A stretch of DNA of 64,000 nucleotides from Lama glama (Eukaryota): assembly GCA_028534125.1 (NCBI GenBank), contig CM052816.1, positions 33,978,001-34,042,000 of the forward strand, read 5' to 3'. Of the stretch, positions 27,681 to 42,130 are shown one piece after another. A program made the position numbers and the translations under genes. Each line of letters starts with the position of its first letter. Positions within the stretch are counted from its first letter, which is position 1. The notes below the pieces were generated by a model that worked only from the letters and a program-made list of their open reading frames with translations, searched no databases and had not been told where the DNA came from.

Positions 27681-28602
27681 TCTAAGAGTTTTTATTTTTG
27701 TATACAGTTGGTAGGTCATCCAAGTACTGGAGAGAGGTTTATGTGTAGCTTTTCTGGTTTTGTCCTTTATGGTACCCTGTTCCTGGCGCTTCCTCTGTTA
27801 TTTTCCAGCCACTCTGGAGCCTCAAACTCCATCCTCTGACACCTAAAGCAATACACCCAAAGGTTTCTGCTTGAGCATTAGCTATTCTGAATCTGGGAAG
27901 ACTGGAGTGTGCCCTTAAGAGAAGCCTCATGATGTTTCGGTCACCCAGTTGCATTCCTCTTCTTTCAAAAGTTGAACTCCCTTCAGTTTGCCTACTTTTG
28001 GTTGCTCTCTAGTGCCTATAAATCAATGGTTTTTAAGTTTTATCCAGTTTGTCACCTTTGGGAGAGTAATTCGAATTAAACTACTGCCTTATTCCCAGTA
28101 CTGGAATTGGAAAAATGATTATTTTTTTTTTTAATATTAAGTCTCCCTTATGAAAACAGCTGAAGTAGGTTCTGAGCCACATAAGGCTTAGCAAGTCATA
28201 TGATCTTGATATGCACAAACTCTGTGCTGTGAGATGATCATCCTTTTTTTTTTTTTTTTAAATCAGTTCCATCATTGGCTTCTTTATTCTTATGTTGAAT
28301 CAGATGATGTGGCTACAGGGAATAGTTTATTGACTAAAGCAGACATTATTGTTTTCTTCTTGCTTTAATATGAAATTCACTTGATAAGATTAGGGAGTAT
28401 AAAAGCTTCCAGATGTGGGGATACCTTATTTTATTTATACCCTACATAATTTCCCATGCTTATTTCAATAGTCTTTAACTTAGGTTTCATAAAATAGATA
28501 CATTTAAATTGTTGTTAAACACCAAAAGTACCCACTCTTCACTTATTTTCTAACTGTCCTTTGTTCTTATTGGCTCCACTGTGACTTATATGACTCTGTA
28601 TC

Positions 28603-28860
28603 CAGGGGTTGCATACTCAACAAAGTAACGCCTGCAGGCCTAGAAAAATAACATAAATATGTAAAGCAGGCCAGCATGCGGAAACATTAGAGAGTTTGAG
28701 AGAATGAAGCAGATTGAGGAAAGCATGCATTATCTAAAAGGTCAACCTTACAGGCTGTTATGATACAGGGATCCATGGGCCAGTGTTGCCAGATAATTCA
28801 CGTCTAAGAGAAGTTGAAAACATGAATTTCTATATAAAATTTCCTGATTATTAAAATATC
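28603..28860. mobile_element. hAT-Charlie relic (MER102-like)
   Basis: caggggttgcatactcaa terminus and gggccagtgttgccaga...aagagaag internal motif; family name from memory. Confidence 0.5.
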
Positions 28861-28904
28861 CTAAAAAAAATATCCTTCAGGTTAAGTCAGACATGTTTGA
28901 TTAG

Positions 28905-29242
28905 TGTCTTAGTTTGGGCTGCTATGACAGAATACCATGGAGACTGGGTGGCTTAAACAACAAACATTTATTTCTCACGATTCTGGAAGCTGGAAAGCCC
29001 AAGATCTAGGTGCTGGAAGATTCGATGACTAGTGAGGGCCTTCCTGCTTCGTAGCCAGCCAGGTTCTCACTGTGTCTCACGTGGAAGAAAGGACCAGGCC
29101 TCTTGCTAAGAGAACACATCCCATTCATGAGGGCTCTCCCCTTGTGATCTAACCACCTCTCAAAGGTCCATCTCCAAATTCCATCCCCTTGGGGATTTCA
29201 ACATGTGAATTTTGGGAGAACACACACATGCAGTCCATAGCA
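28905..29242 (-). mobile_element. MaLR solo LTR (MLT1A-like)
   Basis: TG...CA ends, perfect 5-bp TSD attag (28900-28904, 29243-29247), gggctgctatgacagaatacc..gggtggcttaaacaacaaacatttatttctcac. Confidence 0.9.
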
Positions 29243-29607
29243 ATTAGTGTGCACAGCGCTTGTGTCTTTAATTGCTTGCTTGTTTCCACGGTTGGCTATT
29301 CTTCCATTTGCTTATTCTCCCTCACTCACTTGGAATGCTCCCCCAGGCAAGTCTACCCAGATCCCATTTTCTTATGCTCAATTCATGTTTCATGTCCACA
29401 CAAAGCTGCTGAGTCTTCCAGTCGCCATTGTTCATCTTCCCCTTATGTGAAATCTGTATGTTTATAGTCTTAGGAAACATTTTATAACTTAATTTTACTA
29501 CCTTTGTACACTGGGAGGTGTGCTTCAGTTCCCAATGTCTTTCCTTTATTTATTCTTTAGGTTTTCAATTTTATTTTATCAATTTATTGTTGGTGTTGAT
29601 ACATAAG

Positions 29608-29988
29608 ATTTTTTCTTATTTTTTATTCTTTTTAATTTTCAATTTTGTATACAATTTTTAAAGGTTACTTTCCATTTATAGTTATTAAAAAATATTGGCT
29701 ATATTCCCCATATTGTACAATACATCCTTGAGCCTGTCTTATACCCAATAGTTTGTACCTCCCAGTCTCCCACAGACAGGACAGAAGACAGACTGAGTCT
29801 CTGAGTCTGCTTCTTTTTTTTTTTTTTTTGTTATATTCACTAGTTTGTTGTATTTTTTAGATTTCACATATAAGTGATATTATATAGCATTTGTCTTTAT
29901 CTGACTTATCTCACTTAGCATAATGCCTTCCAAGTCCATTCATGTTGCTGCAAATGGCAAATTTTCATTTTTTATGGCTGAGTAGTAG

Positions 29989-30043
<55 letters not shown>

Positions 30044-30115
30044 CATATATATATCCCATCTGCTTTATCCATTCATCTGTTGATGGACACTTAGGTTGCT
30101 TCTGTATCTTGGCAA
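29608..30115 (-). mobile_element. 5'-truncated L1 3' end (older type)
   Basis: TSD tgatacataag(a/c)tttt at 29597 and 30116; T-rich tail; L1 3'UTR. Confidence 0.9.
29991..30054. repeat. (GT)22 microsatellite continuing as (GC)n/(AT)n alternating purine-pyrimidine tract
   Basis: Read directly from the sequence. Confidence 0.95.
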
Positions 30116-30189
30116 TGATACATAAGCTTTTTAAAAGTGTGAGGGAAAGTGAAATTGTAGGAGGATTATTGATTTGGAGGACCTCAGAG

Positions 30190-30330
30190 AGATATCCAGT
30201 CCAAATCCTTTTATTTAATAGATGAGGAAACTAAGGCCTTGTGAGGTAAAAATGATCAATCAGAAAGCTAATGGCCAGATCTCAGGAATCCAAACTTACA
30301 TGTTTCTCTTTCCACCAAAGATACTACACC
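30190..30330 (-). mobile_element. MIR remnant
   Basis: tttaatagatgaggaaactaaggcc. Confidence 0.6.
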
Positions 30331-31849
30331 CAATAGATTTAGGATAAGGTACTTCTCTATTCAGTATCAAAAGATGCATTTTTTTCTGTTTCTTCCTCTG
30401 TGTTCTTTATTTTTCTTAGGGTGGCTGAGTGACATAGAATCATATTCTTTAGAGCCAAAGAGATAAAAATACCTTTCCTCTGAAATTGGGATTATCTGAT
30501 GGCTTCATCCAATCACTTAAATTTGGAAATGGGGAATATTATGTCAGCCTAACTCTTTTGTTCATGAGATTTTGATTTTATAGTCATCTATTTTCCCTAT
30601 GAGCCTGATGGACAAGAAGGTATCCTGGTTGTGGAAGAACAGAATTTATCCTATAATATGAACTACCTATTCTTTCATCAATTCTTAAGCAGAATTAAAT
30701 TTTATTAAAACATTATAGCATTGCTATAATAGACATATATTCTACTCTAGTATGCATTTGCCTTTTGAACATAGTCATTATACCACATGATGGCATCCTA
30801 AATCAATTTCTAAAAGTGTAACACTGAAGTAAAAACCTAAAGCTTTGCATATATGCAACTTGCTTGTACACTTGTCTAATCCAAAACTCTCGATGAGTAA
30901 CAATATTAGTGCAATTCATTAAAATTATTTGCACCTTCTTTGTTCAGAGCCTGATACAAAAAAGTAGCTCTTTTTTAATGAAATAAAACTGCATTCACTA
31001 TCATTTTTAATTGCGAAAAAGCTTAAATATTGTATACCATAGGTAAATTTAATATACTCACCTAATTTTTAGCACATGAAGAATGAAAATCTTCCTACAA
31101 TGAACTACAAAATAAAACTATCAAAATGATTAAAAGTTTTAAGCAAAACCTCCAAGTTCCCAATAGTAGTTTGTGTGTAAAAAATTTTTTTGTATATTTG
31201 TGGTTTTGAGTGCAATTTTACTTAAAAAAATCACAGAATTAAGTTTCAGATAACCATAGCTAACTTGAAAAATAATGCCAAAAGGATAGCCCTCTCTGTG
31301 CTTGAAAAGTTTAAGTTCTCTTTTATCTTTGTTGACATTATACTTACAACTCACTATTTCTTTACTAGCAAAAAGAACATGCATTTGTCCTTTTTAAAAA
31401 TTTAAGAAGTATTTATTTCTTCCAGTTGATGCTTAATAAGAGCCATCACTCTTCCAAAAAGACCATATCACTTTTACTTTGGTGCTAGTAAATATAATGG
31501 TTACAAATGTGGCATTAAGTTAATGACGTTCATTTTATTTTTCTCATAGTATTTCAACAGTGTATTTATTTCCCAGAGTTAAGTATTTTATTTAATTTTA
31601 TATTGCATTTATTATAATGGTTATACTAATAAATATTTTGGCCTCATCTAGATTTTTGAGTTGGAAAATTATATTTTTGTATCTGCAAAGCCTTATGTTT
31701 TTATTTCAGCATTTCCTTCATACAAGGTAGGATATTTAGGCTAAATGTAATTTTTATTTAATCAATATGTGCATTTTTATTTGTTCTTTCAACCAAATGA
31801 GATAATCTCTGGGGCATTAATATTATTTGATACGAGCAGTGTTTGTATT

Positions 31850-31997
31850 TTATTGCATATGGAATTAACTGGGAGAACATTTAAAAATCCTAATGTCAAG
31901 GCCATATTCCAGTTCGAGCAGAGGTTAACTCCAGATATCACTATTTTTTAAAACCCTTTAAGTGGTTTCAGTTTGCATCCAAATTTGAGAACCAGTG
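31850..31997. mobile_element. MER5-like hAT-Charlie relic
   Basis: Ends in tttgagaaccagtg; internal atttttaaaa..ccc motif. Confidence 0.5.
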
Positions 31998-32099
31998 GAA
32001 TAGATGATAGGCATGTGTTGACATTATATAAGATAAACCTCACCTAGTTTAAACCACAGATCTCTCTGTCACTTTTGCTATGATCGTTGAAATTCCTTA

Positions 32100-35000
32100 G
32101 CTTTTCTAAGCTTTAAATTTTAAATATAATATTTGATATATGAAAAAAAATGTGCAATGTAAGTGTAAGTTATGAAGTTTAATTAAAATACTAAATATCC
32201 ATGGGCCTCCTGTATAACTTCAAATCTAAGCATTATGATGTGTGCTTCTTATTCACAGTCCCATCCACCTGCCTGACCTCACAGGTCACCACTGTCCTGA
32301 ATTTTGTATTTATCCTTCACTTGTTTTTGTGAAAATATTTATAACATGCATATGTTTCCATAATCTAATTTAGCTTGATTTTATGAGTTATAAAAAATTT
32401 CCTTACAATATGTAGTATTTAGGACTGGTTATTTTTTTGTTCAATATTATAGTTCACGGATCCACTCATGTTTTTTGTAACTACAGTAATTCATTTATTT
32501 TCACAGAAGTATAGTATTTTCATTGTGGGAATATGCCATCATATAATTTTCAATGTTTCTGTCAATAAACTTTCAGGATTTCTTCTTTTTAGTTTTTGTT
32601 ATTGCAAACAAAGCTGCTATGAACATTTTTTACTGGCTCCTGGTGCACATGTTTTTCTGGGATATAACTAGGAGAGCGATTCCTGGGTCATACGATATGT
32701 GCATGTGTAATTTTCAAGATAATACTCTTTCCCTCCCTGCTCCCCAACTGGTTGTATTGATTTGTACTCTCATCAGTAGTTGGAAGACTCCCCACTGGTT
32801 CACATTCTCACCAACACTATCAGATTTCTTTATTTTGGGCAATCTACTATGAACAGTTCACTGTAGTAATTTTAAATGGGTTTAATTTTAATTTATCTTT
32901 ATATATTTCTTTCTATTGGATAACCTCTTCCAAAATGGCTATTCTTGCCCTTTGTGATACTCAGTTTCCCCTCTATGAACACACTATAGCTTTTCATTTG
33001 ATTGGGGCTTTCCAAATAATTCTTAAAAAGTTTTGAAATTTCCTGTCTAAATATTACTTCATCTTTTGTTGGATTTAATTCTAGGATGTTTTTAGCATTA
33101 TGAATATTTTTATAAACATTAATTGTGAAAAATTTGACATATAGAAAAGTAAGAGAATGATATAATTAATCCTCTTTTATACAAGCTCTAGCCTCAATAA
33201 CTCTTAATTATGGTAAATCTTGTGTTATGTATCATTCCACCCATTCTTTTCCACCAACCCCAGATTATTTTGAGGCAAAACTCTTACATCATATTACTTT
33301 ATTTATAACTAATAAGTGGTGGCTTTAAAATTTTTTTAAAGAAAAATTATGTCTCCTAATAGTTACAAGTGTATAGGAGTAAATATGTTTTGCTGTAACT
33401 ATTTTATACCTAGCCAATTTTCTAAACTGTCTCAATAATATCTCTCTCTAAAGTGTTTGCTGTGAAATTTATAACTAATGAGATTTTTAAAACTTTCCTT
33501 TCAGATCCTTAGAGATTTATTTGTTTTTGTTTTTGTTTTTGTTTTGACTCACTGCACTTTTAGATGCTACATTAAATTTTGAATAGAAGCAGTAGTAGTG
33601 TCTTGTTTCCAAATTTAATGGAACTGTTTTGAAATTCTCACCATTAGGATGATAGTTGCTATAGGTTTTTGGTAAATATGATTTCTGAAAATACAAAACA
33701 ATCTTTAATTCATAGTTAACTATGACTTATTGTGAAAAACTATTTAATTTTATCAAAGTATGTTCTCCACTATTGAAATATCATCATTTTTTTTCTTTTT
33801 TGATTTGTTATTTATGTTTACACAACACTAGCATTCCTCACATAACTGCAAACTGGTCATTATGTTATATTTTTCTAAATGCCCTCATATTCCATTTACT
33901 TGTGTTTTGCTGAATTTGATTTGCTAGTATTTTGCTTGGGAATTTTATGTCTGTGTTCACTAGGGATATTGTTCTGTCATGTTCTTTTATTGTCATTTCT
34001 TTGTGTGGTTTTGGCATGAGAATAATATCGGCCTCATAGAATAATGTTCCTTTCCATTTTTAAAGAGTTTATGAAATATTGATGTTAACTCTTCTGTAAA
34101 CATTTGGTAGAATTCATCAGTAAAGCCATCTGGTGCTAGGCATTTTTATAAGATTTTGTTGTTGTTTTTACTAATTCAGTCTCTCCTTGTCATATAGGTT
34201 TATTCACATTTTCTTTTCTTCTTGTCATTTTCAGTAGTTGGAGATTTCTAGGTCCATTTCTACCAGGTTATCTGTTTTATTGGCATATGGCGGTTCATAG
34301 TATTTCCTTGTAAATTTTTTTATTTCTGTAAGGTCAGTAGTAATGTCTTCTCTTTCATCTTGATTTTGAAACTTTGCATCTTTTTTCTTTTTACTCAGTC
34401 AGTATAGCTAAAGGAAAATCGTTTTTGTTGATCTTCCCAAGAGCCAGCTTTTGGTTCTACTAGTTTTCTGTATTGTTTTTCTATTCTCTATTTCATTTAT
34501 TTCCTCTCTAATTTTATTTCCTTCTTTCTCCTGGCTTTAGGTTTGCTCTACTTTTTTTAGTTTCATGTAAGACAGAAGGTTAGGTTATTGATTTGAGACT
34601 TTTCTTCTTTAAAAAATCTTTTTGGTATGTTGTATTTTAATTTTAATTCATCACAAAGTATTTTCTAATTTCCCTTATTATTTGTTCTCATCCCAGTTGC
34701 TTTTTTATGAATGTATTGGTAAAGTCTACATATATGTGAATATCCCAAATTTCTCCTTTACTGATAACTAATTTCATTCCACGTGTGTGTAAAGAAGATA
34801 TTTCACATAATTTCAATCTTTTTTTGTAATGTATTGAGACCTGTTTTATGGCCAATTGTATGATTTATCGTAACAGTCCGTGTATACTTGCGAAAAACGG
34901 GTGTTCTCCTATTGTTGACATTGTTATGCCTGTTTGGTTTATAGTATTGTATTGTATCAAGTCCTCCTGTCTAGTTGTTTTCGTATTATAGAAGATGGGG

Positions 35001-35680
35001 TATTGAAGTCTCTTCTACTCTTGAACTGTCTATTACACATTTCAGTTGTCAGCTTTTGCTTTATGTATTTTAGGGTCTCTTACTTGCTGTGTATGTTCAT
35101 AATTCTTGTATCTTCTTGATAGGTTGACATTTTTCTGATTATTAAATGTCATTTTTTCCTCCAGTAGCATTTTTATCTTAAAAATCTATTAATTTCATAT
35201 TAGTATATTTTGACTGCTGTCTGCATGGTTTATCTCTTTACTTTAAATTTCTGCAAGTCTTTGAATCTAAAATATGTCTCTTATGATAGCAGATCAATGT
35301 TTTGAAAAGTATTCTCTCAATCTTTGGCTTTGTTTGGAATGTTTGAGCCATTTATATTTAATACAATTACTGATAAGGTAGGAATTTCATCTGCCATTTT
35401 CCAGTGTTTTCTATATGTCGTGTCTTTTTTTGTTCCTCTGTTATTGCCTTTTGTGTTAAGTAGATATTTTTCTAGTGCACTATTTAAATTCCCTTTGAAT
35501 TTCTTTTACTGTTTTGTTAAAATTATTTTCTCATTGGGTGTCCTGGGGTTATAATTAATATTGTAACATAAAAACTTAGTTCATATTTAGTTCACAACTT
35601 AATTTCAACAGTATACAAAAGTTTGCTCTTCTATAGCTCCATTTTTTTCTTCTGTTTTGTGCTATTATTGTCACGCACCT
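32100..35680 (-). mobile_element. Nested ancient L1 (L1M-type) fragments
   Basis: Long decayed antisense L1 3'UTR and ORF2 sequence (tttggtagaattcatcagtaaagccatctgg; gatggggtattgaagtctc). Confidence 0.8.
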
Positions 35681-36970
35681 AGATGTAGAATTCCAAGGGA
35701 TCATTCAGAGCATTGCTTCCAAGTCCATTCTTCATATGCACTAGCACCTGGTGCAAATTCCATCTTCTGGGGGAAAAAAAAAGATATTCTCATAATTTAG
35801 AGCTGTGGTTTCTGCTTCAATCTGTTAATCTCTACTTTTCATGGTTCATAAATGGTCAAAATGCACCCTCTTTTGTTTTCCAGATCTAATATTATATATT
35901 TGTTGTGTGTGTATGTGTGTGCATGTGGAGGTATTATATATTTTCATGGACTTGGTAAGAAAGAGGGAGGAGAGAGACTGTTCTTAGTGATATCATCATA
36001 GACCATTGGTCATATCTTAATTTTAAATATAGAATCTATAGCCCAAAGACAAGTGTTTTTTGTCTAAAAATATTCAGCTTTATGGTAACAGGTCTAAGAA
36101 TGGAATTTGATTATCTGACTTCTGTTGCTTTTCCCTATATGATAGTGGCCTTCTCAATGAAACAATGATCTGAAAATTCATTTTATCATCCATATATAAT
36201 ATAATGGATTTAACATTGGAAAGCTTACATCATAAGTAGAATAGAAAGTCCTAGTGAATTTCTAGAAACAGATACTGGTATTATACTTTAAAGCCACAGA
36301 TGAAATCACATGAAGGAAGAATGTATAATTTTGCATAGAAATACAAGATCTAAGATTCACTGTTAACGTTGCTTAAGTTGATTCCCACGTGCCCATTTAG
36401 AACAAGTGTTTTTATCAAATAACTGAGTTACTTATTAGTAATTAAGATAACAGCAAATGCATATTAATTAGTTACATAAGACAAAAAAAGGTATATAATA
36501 CTCTCATTTAAAGTATAAAACAAATATAAATCAAAGAAACAGGAATTTGAATTCAAGATAAACTTCGTTAATCTGCCACTACTAACTAGTTTTCAGTGCT
36601 AGAGAAAGATACTTCTTAGGGTATATGCTCTCATATATATGTAAAACAGGTTGATATTTATTTTTATTTTACAATACAAGTAGGAAATGGAATCTTTTAG
36701 TTCAATAGGCACTTATTTTTGGTGATGACAGGAAAACTTGACCCTCTCTACTCTCACTCTCCATATCTCTTTCCTATGGTGTAAGATGGGAACCTCTTTT
36801 AGAGTCTCTGCCTCCCTCGCCCACCTTGTACCATACTCCAGACAAGCAGTTCAAGCAGAGCCCATTAATACCAAGGAAAATGAGTGAGAAACAACTCCCA
36901 CTGCAGTAAGAGTATTATAGGCCTTAGGAAAAACCGGAAATCAGGATGAATCTCTTCCCATGCACTCTCT

Positions 36971-37262
36971 CTCTCTCTCTTTTTTTTTTTTTTTAATTTT
37001 ATTTATTTTATTGAAGTACAGTCAGTTACAATGTATCAATTTCTGATATACAGCATAATGTCCCAGTCATGCATATATATGTATACATATATTCATTTTC
37101 ATATTCTTTTGTGTTAAAGGTTATTATATTAAATATAGTTCCATGTGCTATGCAGAAGAAATTTGTTTTTTGTCTATTTTTATACACCATGATTAACATT
37201 TGCAAGTCTCAAACTCCCAGATTTATCCCTTCCCACCCACTTTCCCCCAGTAACCATAAGAC
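36971..37262 (-). mobile_element. Short L1 3'UTR insertion
   Basis: (CT)n/poly-T tail, ttgaagtacagtcagttacaatg 3' end, TSD tgcactctct (36961) / tgtactctct (37263). Confidence 0.9.
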
Positions 37263-38039
37263 TGTACTCTCTTAAAAAACAAGTGAACAAAACAAAACTT
37301 AAATCTTCTACTTAGGTGTGGTCAGTAGCTTAAAATGAACTCTCCAACTATTCGTCATTTTCATTATCTCACTCTAACTTCTTTGGAGGAAAAGTACTTC
37401 TAAGTTCTTCACGCTAGTAGGTTGAGTTGCTCAGAAGCTTGCATTTAGATAGAAATAAAGGATGACAAAAATATGCTGGTAGACTATTCGAATAAGAATG
37501 GAATATTTAAAAAAAAAAGCCAGACTGGTAATTCATTGTTTAGTCTCTGGGATGATTTCTTTCATGGAGAATATGGATGTTTTCCTTTTCTTTCATTGCT
37601 ACTTATGTGAGGAATGCTGAATAGCTTTAGCTTCCAATTTTTATTTTTATAGGATATAAAACAAACCATAAGTGTCACTGAGGATTAAAAGAAAAAGAAT
37701 ACAGAAAAAATAAGTAGCCATTTTAGGATGAAAGTTTAAAGTAATATATGGAAAGGAAGTAGTATTAATACTACTAATTGAACAGATTTAGGGAAGAAGA
37801 ACTAGGATTATATATTTTTCTTCTCAGCTGAAAAGAATTATATATTTCAAAATTATGTTCAATTTAAATATTTGTATAATACGTGCCTAATATACGTGGC
37901 TATAAATTTAGGTGACTCCTTTACCAAAAAGTACTGAATTTTGGGATAGAGCACTTCAGTATACACAGAAATTGAGTTGTGTTCAGTAGTACCTTAGCAA
38001 ATACTGACAGAACAACTATATTTTGAAACTGATGTATTA

Positions 38040-38500
38040 ATGAATAACTGTGTGAAATAGAGACTATTACATAAAAATTAGTGAACAACTGGAAAAATCC
38101 AAAATATGTACTGAGAGTAGATTAGACAAATATGCTGTGGTATAGTCATTAGTCATTAAATGCTATATAATGAAAAAAAGTGAAAGGAATATAATTACAT
38201 GCAAAATAATACTGAGTTAAAGAATTGAGACACAGTTTCTGTCCTTTATACTGCCAGTTATGGAAAGTTCAAAAGGAATCACAACTAATCTGCAGTGTTA
38301 CAATGTGGAATAAAGGTTATATTTGGGAAAGGATTAATGACCAGGAAAGGGGCTGAAGTGTCTTCTGTTGTTTAGATGTTTTATTTCTTGATATGGATAT
38401 TGTTTAATAGAAGGCATTCACTTAGTGGTAATTTGTCAAGTTGTATATTTATGATATGCACTATTTTCTATATTTTCATGTTATAATTTCATTGGTTTGA
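38040..38500 (+). mobile_element. Ancient L1ME-like 3' end
   Basis: aacaactggaaa..tgtggtata..aaagttcaaaa..tgttttatttcttgat..tgtatatttatgatatgcac. Confidence 0.65.
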
Positions 38501-41229
38501 CATGGAAAAATATTTAGAGTATATGGCTAAAAGAAAATGTTTTCCCACCTCTATTGCAAGTTATATCAAAATGTATTTTGACAGGAGCAGGTAGGCAAAA
38601 ACAATTTTTAATTAAAAAAAATCAGTTAAACAAATACCTCAGGCTTTAAAGGAATTGCTGACTCATGAGTTCTTGGATATTTTAGGGGAAAGGGGAAGTC
38701 ATAAAGCCATATGGATTGGCCATGGTATATCTGGAGTCAATCAACAGTTTTTTCCAGAATTTCTAGTTCTAGCATGGTCTTGTAGACCTAACCATAGACT
38801 CACTGACACTTAAGTCTCAACCAAGGATATCAATCCATGGCTTTTCACTACCTTATTCTTAAAGCACAAAGAAAGAGAAGAAGAAAAAAAAAAAAGCCCA
38901 TTATCTTCATGTACTCTTAATCAAAACATTTCTACTTCTATAACAATGCATAGACAAAACAGTGTTTATCATTTCATTAGCCAGCTGAATTGTAGTTACA
39001 GCAGTGACCTAACACAAACAAGGCAACTTCCGCCCATTTAAAGCTCAGTAAATTCAAAACGTTGCAGTATGATATTAACATCTTAAACTATGATAACGTG
39101 CTTTGCTGTGCATGCAGACTTTCAACACTGAGGCCCGCAAGTGAATTTTCACAGGTCTTATATCTGTCTTCCACTTCACATTTAACACTCTAAATCTATA
39201 TATTATGTCTAATTTACCCTGTATCTGCTTCTGTATATACACATGAAAAACATGAAGTCATTTTCTGGATAACTCAAATCAAAAAAGTGGCCTCAGTTGC
39301 CTAGACATTTCAGATGAAATTGTGTTTCTCTTAGTTTGAGGTATATGGATAATTATTGTAGTTCAGTATTTCACACGCATAGGCAGATCCTTAGAATTCA
39401 GTGTGTGGAAAAGTGCTGAGGACAGTGGTTTTGAAATGAGGGAAGGAATCTGTTTTAAAGTGGAATAAGAATGTGAATTTATGGTTATTATTTTGGCTTA
39501 GAGTTAGAAAACTTTCTCTTTTTAATATTGCATTAACATTTCAGTTATCAGGTTGATATCCATAATATGTAAATTGAAGTGGGCACTATATAGCAGCAAA
39601 AGTGTATCGACGTTGATGATTAACACAGGAAAAATTAATAGCATGGGAGACAGTCAGCTTTGCTTTGACTACATAAGGATAAAAGATGCAATGGTCGCCA
39701 AGAGATTCTTATGGCTGAGACATGTCCTGTGGTAGTGCTATTTAGAATGTAATAATGAATGCCTTTCTACTGTAATAATACCTATTCTAATCCCCTCATT
39801 CTGAACGGAACATAAATGTAAAGGATATTAAGAATATATTTGAGATGTCAATGAAATAAAATGTTGTCACAGGATAATGGTCTCCTGCTGCTTCATAAAA
39901 TACCAAGCCAAAGGCAAGACTTACTTTTTTCAGAGTAGAAGACATTAATCCCCAGTGTTTTACTGCAGTGATTGTATTTCTGTTAAACAAAATGAGCATG
40001 TAGATTTAATCAATTCATTTGATGTAGTAAATTGACAGTGGTTTATCATCATTATGAAATTGTTATGTTCTTGAATGCAGTTTATCAAAGAAAATACAGA
40101 TGTTTCAGAAAACTTAACTTTCAGGTTGAGGGGAAATAGAGATTTCTGACCAGCTGGAGTTTGGTTTTTCTTAAGAATGTAATAGTTAATATAACAATAG
40201 AAGGACAGTAGGACTGACATACCCCAAAAGGTTTGTGTAATAATCTGGTTAATAGTATAGTTCCACATTTCAATTTGCTGACAGACAGAACATAATAATT
40301 ACATATAATTATCTGAGCAAAAAACCACAATGACACAAAGAAAGTTGAACTGGGAATGCTTTACTAAGTCATTTACAAAACTAGCTTTGCTATTTTGAGT
40401 ACTGATTATCGAATAGCAGGTGATGTCCTTAGACTACGGCATCATTCCATGTTTCTAAGGACTGTCACAGTACAGCAAAGACAGGCTGGGGCTTCTTATG
40501 GAAGCTCAACCATCTAAGCAAAACCAAGCATTATTCCCAATGGAAAATGAAAACTCATTGCTTGTTTTCTTCTCTAGAAAACACGTTAATGCCAAAATAG
40601 TTGGATGCATTCCACTGAATGTGTTTAGAATATTACGTTTCATTTAGAAATACCTGTTCCTTAACATTTGAAAGAGGACTCAGATTTCCTTTGAGAACTT
40701 TTTCCAGCTTTTAAAATGAAGCCAAACTATTACAGTTAATTCCCAAAGGTAGATCTGAAAAGATACTTTTTTGTTTTATTTGTTGACTATCTTAAAATAA
40801 GAGAATTTTGTATTTCTAAGGCCATCTGTGTTATCATTCTCTTTCTCTTGGTGCTGTAAGTCCCAGAAATCTGAAAATTAAAAGCTTCATCTTCAAAATA
40901 CAAGAAGTAAGTTAACTGAAAAAGCTATTATTTTTCCTAAAAACACGTATCATCAAGCACATATATCCCTCAGGCCAGTAAGGAAAAAAAAAATCATAAT
41001 GGCCAAGGTGGGGTGAGAATGCCATGTGGAGATGCTAGCGGAGTCGGGGTACTATTGCATTACTGTTGTCATACCCTTGTCATTAGGTTGTTCATTACAA
41101 CACAGGCAGTCCACTGTGTCAATTCTTTGTGTGAGAAGTTCTGGAATCATTACATTAATAGTTCTTCTGTATTAATCCCAAATCCATTTTTATGATGCTT
41201 TTATTATGAACTCTATTTTTTAGGATCAC

Positions 41230-41591
41230 ATACTGCATAGGGCTGCCATAACAAAATACCACACACTAGGGGGGCAATCCAAGTCTTGGGCTACAAGTCC
41301 AAGATTAAGGTGTCAGCAAGGTATGGTTTCTCCTAAAGTGTCTCTCCTTGGCTTGTAGATGATTGTCTTCTAACTGTGACTTCACATGGACTTCTATGTC
41401 TGATGTCTCTGTGTGTGTTCATTTTCTCTCCTAAAAGGACACCAGTCAGATTGGATTAAGGCACCTGTATGACCTCTTTCAACTTCATTTACCTCTTTAA
41501 AGCCTCTATCTCCAGATATAGTCATATTGGGAAATTCTAGGGGTTAGGGCTTCAATATATGAATTTTGGTGACAAAATTCAGTTCATAACA
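41230..41591 (-). mobile_element. MaLR LTR (MLT1B-like)
   Basis: agggctgccataacaaaataccacacact...aaggacaccagtcagattggatta...gggttagggcttcaa..tcagttcataaca. Confidence 0.85.
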
Positions 41592-41738
41592 CATACTAAG
41601 ATTTCCTTTGAATTTTAATATTATACATAAAAAGAAAACTGAAGCTTTGCACAACAGTAGGTAGAAAGTTAGTAATAAAGTCGTAGTAATATATGATCTT
41701 TTAATAAGTGTGAAAAAAATCATGTGTTGAAAGGACTC

Positions 41739-41863
41739 TTTTTTTTGGTTTGTTTTTGGGGGGTGGTAATCGCATTATTTATTGATTTATTGGTTTGACA
41801 GAGGTGCTGGGGATTGAACCCATTCTAAGTACACACTTTACCACTGAGCTATACCCTTCCCCC
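41739..41863 (-). mobile_element. Vic-1-type SINE with internal deletion
   Basis: ctggggattgaaccc...accactgagctatacccttcccc; imperfect TSD aggactct / agggctct. Confidence 0.85.
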
Positions 41864-41989
41864 AGGGCTCTGTCATTTTCATTCTTCTAAATCTTGGACT
41901 ACAACCCCTAGTATATCATTGTGCTATAATCTTACGTTGATGAAGTATTTCTATGTGTATTAAATTCCTTCAGTCCTTGGTTTTGTCTT

Positions 41990-42130
41990 CCCTACAAGGA
42001 ATAAGTTCCTTGAGAAAAGAGACCTTGTTTCATATAAGTATGTGTTATACTTCAGACTTAGCACAGGACCTAGGCACTCTATAAATATGAGGGAAATAAA
42101 TGGATACTTGGATGGATGGATGGATGGGTG
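41990..42130 (+). mobile_element. L2 3' end remnant
   Basis: aagttccttgag..agagacc..cttagcacag..taggcactc..ataaat plus (tgga)n tail. Confidence 0.6.

Larger units (their letters stand above)
25990..28110 (-). mobile_element. Ancient L1 fragments (endonuclease-region-like), interrupted by two SINEs
   Basis: agaatgctccaggtgcacttg, gagaggggtgtaaagacctcc, gaattgacccttttaatactatgaaatatccctct are decayed antisense L1 ORF2 5' motifs. Confidence 0.7.

Noticed and set aside
30380..30625. Strong-looking acceptor (ttcttag at ~30419) as next TMEM232 exon
   Set aside because: Stop after three codons in the required phase and no similarity to the expected EHPS..FPYPDF peptide
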